A stretch of DNA of 64,000 nucleotides from Octopus sinensis (Eukaryota). Position numbers and translations under genes: made by a program. Below the pieces are notes generated by a model, which was not told the DNA's origin, did no database searches, and was given only the letters and a program-made list of their open reading frames with translations. This document shows positions 50,604-59,515 of this stretch, piece after piece (the stretch's first letter is position 1; each line of letters starts with the position of its first letter). The stretch spans positions 13,578,001-13,642,000 of the forward strand of contig NC_043005.1 in assembly GCF_006345805.1 (NCBI RefSeq). The letters are read 5' to 3'.

Positions 50604-53344
50604 GAAAGGACCTGTATACGGTGCTGTTAACGGAGGTTTAACAACATAGTTGCATTCAAAAACTTGAGTCCAAGAAGTAAAGCTTCCTTCAAGGCAGAGC
50701 TAAAAATGCAATTGTCAAGTAGGTAAGAGGTTTTAAACAGGAACGATGTATTTAAAATCGTTAAAACTAAAAATTGTCGAGGATAAATTAAATTTATTAT
50801 TGTTACTGAATATGCTAGTGTTATTTAATTTCGGAATGGTTTTGCTGTCATTTGTTTATGTAGTTTGATTTCTTTATCCTTCAGTTTCTACTAAGATAGA
50901 GTGAGACACAAGTAAAATTAATAATGGAGAAACAAAAAGAAAACTTTGGAAACGGCAGCGTGCTTTCAAGGGAGATAATTAGGGAAAAACTCGAAAGTCT
51001 GTAAGATCATAATACTTCATGTAAAGTAAATATAACAAATAATCCAGAATCCTTGTCCGGCGCTGGATTGATCCCAAAGTCTAATCAGTTCATGCCCATC
51101 ATAAGGCCAAGCATCCTTGAAAGTTTCATTCAAATCCATCCGGAGGTTCTAGAGATATCTTGTCCACAGACAAACAAACAGACACTACTGAAAACAATGC
51201 CTCCGCTTTCGCTAAGGCAGAGGTAATAAAGATATATGCAGCCTAAGTGTAAAATTCCAGTTTAAGTAATGTGAACTGAGGAACATTAATTATATCACCT
51301 TAATCTTGTTCTGTGTTTTATTCCCCTATACTATAAAAAGATGAAACTGATGGTTTTCAAAAATTGAGAAGTAAAACAATAGAAACAAACCATCGTCTTG
51401 TTGCCTCAGCGTCATTTGCATGACATGGGATCCTCACGATAGTTCCACCATTTGTTGTTGGCCAATGAAACGTACCTTTTTTACTCGATACTGTTTCTTC
51501 ATTGCAAAGCGCTGGAAAATATAACATGGATATGGTATATGTACTAAAGCAAGCATGGACATTCTGTAGGTATTAGAAATTACAGGTATACATTTTACAT
51601 ACATGAAATACACAGCTATGATGTAATATATTATGATACAGATGAACGTGATTTATATGCTAACTAGAAGAGAAGTGGACATGGCATTTAATATTGTGAA
51701 TACTTTTTAAACAACATATAAAAGATTTACATATTAGATGGCACAGGGATATGTTTCATGCGCTAAAAACAAAAATTCTTACTTTGTTAAGAAAGACAAT
51801 GGGAAGCACTCCGTCGGTTACGACGACGAGGGTTCCGGTTGGTCCGAATCAACGGAACAGCCTGCTCGTGAAATTAACGTGTAAGTGGCTGAGCACTCCA
51901 CAGACACGTGTACACTTAACGTAGTTCTCGGGGATATTCAGCGTGACACAGAGAGTGACAAGGCCGGCCCTTTGAAATACAGGTACAACAGAAACAAGAA
52001 GAAAGAGTGAGAGAAAGTTGTGGTGAAAGAGTACAGCAGGGATCATCACCATCCCCTGCCGGAGACTCGTGGAGCTTTTAGGTGTTTTCGCTCAATAAAC
52101 ACTCACAATGCCCGGTCTGGGAATCGAAACTGCGACCACTGGGCCATTGCGCCTCCACTAAGAAAGACAATGATAGCTATATATGTTAGAAAATAGCGAA
52201 ATATCATCTGTATGCTATAAAATATATTTGATCCATAATTTACAAGTGATAAATATTTCAGTAAAGTTAAAATAATGGTGGTATTAAAGACTCCGCCGGT
52301 TACGACGACGAGGGTCCCAGCTGATACGATCAACGGAACAGCTTGCTCGTGAAATTAACGTGCAAATGGCTGAGCATTCCACAGACACGTGTACCCTTAA
52401 CGTAGTTCTCGGGGATAATCAGCGTGACACAGAGAGTGACAAGGCTGACCCTTTGAAATACAAGTACAACTCATTTTTGCCAGCTGAGTGGACTGGAGCA
52501 ACGTGAAATAAAGTGTCTTGCTCAAGGACACAACGCGTCGCTGGGAATCGAACTCACAACCTTACGATCATGAGCCGAATGCCCTAACCACTAAGCCACG
52601 CGCCCTCACTTGTTCTTTTATACAGACGTTTTGTGTACAGGATTCAATAATGTGTCCTCTTTCTAAGATGATAATGCGTGATTTAGCGGCAATTTCACTG
52701 CCATTTCTTGCATTTTAAGCGACTATGTAGACACTCCCTATGTAGTGTTGACTATAAGCTACAGTTGTTCTCTACGAAACGGTTTCCTCTGTCACTTAAA
52801 CATAGAGAACAAGTAATTGATCTAATTACTACTCTCTTAAAGAGCATGTCTGCAAGAGGAACAGATTGTCAGGACATGGTTGAAAATATGGTGGCCATTT
52901 GCTGATTCAATAGACAAGCATCTTCTTTTACAACTGAAATGCAATATGAATGTAAAATGCATGAAAAGAAAGTGGCTGGGCACTGAATGTTGAAGGTATT
53001 CGCAATTATGTTAAATCAAAGAAATACTTGCAGAGAAGTAAGTTAATCAGACCTGAAAAGCACAAGGTTTTCCGTGGGAGGAGAATGACATTAAAAAAGG
53101 TGAAAAAAGACACTATATTACAAATGTTTCCAACACATGTCAGAGGTGGACAATGCTGACAAGATGACCACAGAAACAACTGTATAATGATAATAAATTG
53201 TAATAATGCTAGTTTCATCAAGATCTTCCCATCATTCAGTATTATATTGCTGGCTTTGACCATGTTACTTTGGTATGCAACAGCAACTGATGATGATGAC
53301 AATGATGCCACTGCTGCTGCCACTAATGATGATGATACTCGATG

Positions 53345-53383
<39 letters not shown>

Positions 53384-56300
53384 GTGACAACGATGGCAAA
53401 GGTGATAACAAATAGATATGGCTGCTTACTTGCGCTAGTTAATTTCATGGTGTCCCGCTGAACGTTTAGATAATCCATAGTGTTTGATGAATTCAGTATG
53501 TTGTAAATATTATACCAGACTTCTACTTCAGAGGTATGTATTAGAACTGTGCAGTAGATACTTATATATGCTGTCACTGGGGGACGTCTTTTTGAGGAGA
53601 GAAAATTTTTTTTAAATATTAGAATATTAAAAAAAAGTGTTTATTAACAGCATAGAAAGGAGGGAGTCTTTGCTATGTGAGGCACATATCCAGTTTTAAT
53701 AAACATTTATTTGGTATTAATAGCAAAAATTGTAAAAGTAATTATGAAATGCTTCATGTAAGTATCAACCAATTTGTAAACTAATTGTGGTCCCCTATGA
53801 AAACTTAAATTTTTGCAAATATGAGATGGAAAAATAACCTAACAAAACAAGTCTGTTTTTCTGTAAAACAATTAGATTAGTGGGCAACACAGTTCGATCA
53901 CTGTCTGATATTCTGTATCAGCAAATTTACAGTTTTATATCCTCTCAAGCCGAAGTAATCAAAGCTAGCAGCAGCAACAACAATAATTGCAACAACAGCA
54001 ACACTCATCATCATCCTCATCACTGTCGTTTAACGTCTGCTTTCCATGCTGGCATGGGTTGGACGGTTTGACTGAGGGCTGGCAAACCAGAAGGCTGTAC
54101 CAGGCTCCAATCCGATCTGGCAAGTTTCTACAGCTGGATGTCCTTCCTAACGCCAACCACCCTGAGAGTGTAATGGGTGCTTTTTATGTGTCACCAGCAG
54201 GGGTGCCAGTTACAAAACTCAAGTCTCAGCCACGTCTATAATCTCACTTGGCTTGACAGTTTTCCTCGAGCTCAGTATAGTGCCAAAGGTCTCTGCCGCT
54301 TGACATTGCCTCCGCGAGGCCCAACATTTGAAGGGCGCCATGTATACAACACTGGCATCTGCCATGACTATGATTTCACTTGGCTTGACAGGTCTTCTCA
54401 GGCACAGCATATCACCCAATATGTCACTGGCACAAGTGAAAGTTACACTGCGTCAGCAGTACGGATGTAGGTGGCTACAGAAATATCTTTTAATCATACA
54501 AGTTTAGTTTGGTTAGAATTAATAAGTGTTCACAATTTACCTGAAATATTTTACTTTAACAATGTAGGTTCCATGCAATTTTGAAAATTCCTCTTCTAGC
54601 TGTAAATAAAAGTATAAAAAAAAACAATGGAAAAAAAAGAAAAATAGGAAATTATTTATAGTAATAAAATATTTTGCACCTCTGATCTATATACTGTGGA
54701 ACATCAACAAACCTCTCAGTTTCTGTTCCTTTCCTTGTTAAGTATATTGATCCTTCAGCTTCCATGCTGGCTGCCTGGTACATTTCTCTGCTGTCCATTT
54801 TCTTTCAGTATTATGAAGTCTCTTGACTAGCTTCCGTGCCGGTGGCACGTAAAAAGCACCAATCCGATCATGGCTGTTGCCAGCCTCGCCTGGCACCTGT
54901 GCCGGTGGCACGTAAAAAGCATCCACTACACTCATGGAGTGGTTGGCGTTAAGAAGCGCATCCAGCTGTAGAAACACTGCCAGATCAGACTGGAGCCTGG
55001 TGCAGCCTTCTGGCTTCCCAGATCCCTGGTCGAACCGTCCAACCCATGCTAGCATGGAGAACAGACGTTAAACGATGATGATGATGATGATGATGATAGC
55101 TAACTCAGTGTTCCACAACAATGCCACCTTTACTCTGGCTGGAACACTGGACCAGTAATTAACTTCATTTGTAGCTTTCAGCCACTTGTCTTATAGTAAC
55201 TTCTATTTTACCTCTATGCTGTAAGTCGGAATCTCATCATCATACATTTTAACGAGTATTTTTCTTAATTTTTGACTACTCAATAAATCTTGAAACTTCT
55301 ATATCTTCCTTTTTCAAATTGGTTTCTACTTCAGAGTCCACCTAGCTCAAACAACTAACCTACATTAGGTTGTATATTCCTCACCAGAGAAGGGCTTCAT
55401 GTTCACAACCATTTGTCTACATTGTTTCTTGGAAAGAATGAAATCTGTCTGGTTTATATGTTCCTCAGATTAAAAAGTGATCAGGTGGCTGATTGGTTTC
55501 CTGAGGATAATGTAGACGACATAGTCATTAACATCACAGAATTCCAGCAACTTTGTTCCCTTCTTGACCCTTGAACCAAGCTCAAAGTCTTGGTTCTCTC
55601 CCACAGAATCCAATAGAGTGATGCACAACATCTCCATTTAGATCACAAGTTAGAATGATAATATAGTCATTCAACGTTCAAGGTTGTCTCCATGAGGACC
55701 TAATAGAACCAGTCTTTCTTTTCATCTACGAGTTCAGACTGTGATGCATATACCAAGATAAATATCACAGTAGCATTAACTAACACTCAACTAAATAACT
55801 AAATCCAATTATTCTATTACACATTCTGGCTATCACAATCACTTTATACATTCATTTTTCTGCTAAAAGTAGTTCAACTTCAGCCACACTATCACAACTT
55901 TCTACCCAGAGGACTTTATACATTTGTTCTTTGCCCATGAAGAATCAAGCAATGGTCTTGTAAAGGGAACTGGTTGCTTCTTTACACTTTTGGGGTGCAA
56001 CTTGGGTGCAACACAATTTCCTTTCTTTTTGTTTCTAGAAACTACCAGTCGGTAACAAAACGCAACTTTAAAAATATATATGATTCTTTATTCTCTTATT
56101 CAACAATGAAGCACGATGGTATACTGGTATCCACCTAGTTCAACAGAGCAAGGCTGAATTCTAGCGTTTGTAAGTTTCTTACACGAATTCAGCAGCAATA
56201 GAACAGGTCAAATCCTAAGCGTCTGGGACAGGAGAATAGGCTGATCACACTTTTAAAAATACGTCCTTTCTCTTCAATCGCCATGTCTCAAGTCAACGAC

Positions 56301-58045
56301 GCTATTAAGGAACGCGATAGAATTTCTTCCCCAGTCTCTAGCGCATGTGCATGAGGGAACTTCCTTATGCCTTTCCAGAAGGTTCCAACCCCGCACACGC
56401 ACACTGAAGAAGGACGTTGCGTGTGCGCACATTGGAATATGATGTCACTACAGTCTTCTTTATTTTCTTGCACACATCACTCTCTACATGCGTTTGCTCT
56501 AGCATTTCTACCATCCCTCCAGGCTTAACTTTAATTGCAACTACATTGATTGTAGGTACTCTAAATTTGTGAACTTCATATGAAAAGGGAAAGTGTTGCT
56601 GATGAACAGTTTCAGTACCTGAAGAGAAGGTTTGTATAAATTTGTCAACAGGCTGTGGGCTCTTGCTCATCTCCAAATAGCCATATATTTCTGCTTCGTT
56701 TGGTTAAAATTAATAAGTGTTCACAATTTACCTGAAATATTTTACTTTGTCTATTTGTCTATTAAAAATCCTTCAGTCTCTGCTTTGAGTCTTGAGCTTC
56801 TCATCCATTGTTGCGATTTTGCTTTGTCTATTTTTTCTGTTTAGCTTAACCCAATATATGCCATGAAGAGGCTTTTCTTGCCATTCTTTTATCATGATCC
56901 ATTGCTGTTCCAGTTTTAATTTGGATTTCAGTTGTTTTGCCGCTTTTGTTGTTTCTTCTTTTTCTTCATAGTTATTAGGTACTATGATTTCTTTTTTGTA
57001 TTTGCCATCTTCCTTAAAGACCAGAAACAGTTTTCTGCTTTGTTCATGTTTTGTCACTATTTGTATTAGTTTCCCTGGTTTCTGAAGTAGTTATTTCTGT
57101 ATTTTTATGGTGGTTATTTGTAATAGTTTTCTAGCTGTATAAGGCCTCTACCACTTTCCATACATTGTATATATAGCGTGTCTCTATGGAATATTCCTCT
57201 TCTAATGGGAATGGCTTTGGCTTTTATGACTCCCTCTTTTGTCTGGAGCTGTAGCACTGTCTGTCATTCATCATTGAATGGTTTATATATCTTATGATTA
57301 TTGGTCCTACCTTATTCATAGCTAGTGTTTCTAGGATCCATGTGTGGGGAATATTATCAAAAGCCTTTCAGTAATTGATCTAGGCCATACTTAGACCCTT
57401 CGTTCTGCAGCTGTCTTCAGTTATAGCTTTATTGATCAATAGCTAATCTTTACAACCATATAAGCCCTTATAGCATCTCTTCTGCTCTTCTGGAAACAGG
57501 TTGATTTCTTTAGATATGTTCACACATACACACCACCCAGATAAACCCACACACATGGACACACAGAATCTCTGATAAATACAACACACTTACACACACA
57601 TTCACATCCACACATACGCACACACATACATATGCACCCTCACAAACACATACTGTTGCTCACACACACACACACCATAAGGACAATTAAAACACAAAGA
57701 TACTCAGACAGACACAACACACACACTCACGTACACACACATAACATCCCCACCAATACAAAAAACACAAACATACACGCGTGCACACACAGACACACAC
57801 ATACACACACGCAAACAAACACATACACACACACATGCGCACACACAACATCATGACAAATACCAATCACACACATAACACCAGGACAATAATAACAACA
57901 CAAACTCAGACAGAGACACACACACACTCACGTACACACACATAACATCCCCACCAACACAAAAAAACACACATGCATACAAACGCACCCACAGACGCAC
58001 ACATACAAACACTTGCGCACGCACAACGCCCTAACAAATATTAAT

Positions 58046-58077
<32 letters not shown>

Positions 58078-58834
58078 TACACACTATCCTATCAAATATA
58101 AAACACACATAGACACATTTACATACACTACAATAAACTTTGGGACCAATCAAAAACGGCCCACACACACGAACACAAACACATATATTACACACATACA
58201 CACACAGACACACACACTTGCACCATTCTGACGTCTAAAACCAGTCCCAAAATAATGTATATAGATATGTATTGTAATATCAAAGAATGTATATATATAT
58301 ATATACTCTTTTACTCTTTTACTTGTTTCAGTCATTTGACTGCGGTCATGCTGGAGCACTGCCTTTAGTCGAGCAAATCGACCCCGGGACTTATTCTTTG
58401 TAAGCCCAGTACTTATTCTATCAGTCTCTTTTGCCGAACCGCTAGGTGACAGGGATGTAAACACACTAGCATCGGTTGTCAAGCAATGTTAGGGGGACAA
58501 ACACAGACACACAAACACACACACGCATATATATATATATATACATATATACGACGGGATTCTTTCAGTTTCCGTCTACCAAATCCACTCACAAGGTTTT
58601 GGTCAGCCCGAGGCTATAGTAGAAGACATTTGCCCAAGGTGCCACGCAGTGGGACTGAACCTGGAACCATGTGGTTGGTAAACAAGCTACTTACCACATA
58701 GCCACGTGACAACCAGTACTTAACACAACAAAGCTTTTCCAAAGCTTTACATTTTACATTTGCCAATCTTTTTCTAAAAAAGTGAAACCAGTCGAGTGAA
58801 TAAACATCTTTAAAAATTGTATTCTCAAACATTT

Positions 58835-58880
<46 letters not shown>

Positions 58881-59478
58881 AATGTAGGATAAAACTTTTT
58901 CGAAAAAAAATTTTATCAATGGCCAGCATATTAAAAAATACCTTTAAAGGTTAAATTTATTAACAACTTATAAATAAGGGCAAACAAAAAAATTTCTAAT
59001 GCCAAATATGCAGAGATTAGACACATTGTCCATAACCATTATAATTTTTCACAATACGCACGCTACTCGAAAAAAGGTCGACAGAAATTTCTAAAAAATT
59101 CCTTTATTACCATATCGGACCGATTTCAAGGTTAGTTCATAAGAACCCTCCCTTCGTCAGTGATAAATGTAGCAAAGAAATAAATGAGATACTTACTCAT
59201 ACCCATGGGTACTCATACCCATGGGTATGAGTACCCATGGGTATGAGTAAGTATCTCATTTATTTCTTTGCTACATTTATCACTGACGAAGGGAGGGTTC
59301 TTATGAACTAACCTTGAAATCGGTCCGATATGGTAATAAAGGAATTTTTTAGAAATTTCTGTCGACCTTTTTTCGAGTAGCGTGCGTATTGTGAAAAATT
59401 ATAATGGTTGTGGACAATGTGTCTAATGTCAGTTTATTTGGCATTAGAAATTTTTTCGTTTGCCCTTATCTATAAGTT

Positions 59479-59515
<37 letters not shown>

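Larger units (their letters stand above)
59016..59427. repeat. Near-perfect spacerless palindrome (centre 59221/59222); diverged arms extend to about 58962..59481
   Basis: Base-by-base mirror; one mismatch (59033/59410) within 412 bp. Confidence 0.95.
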
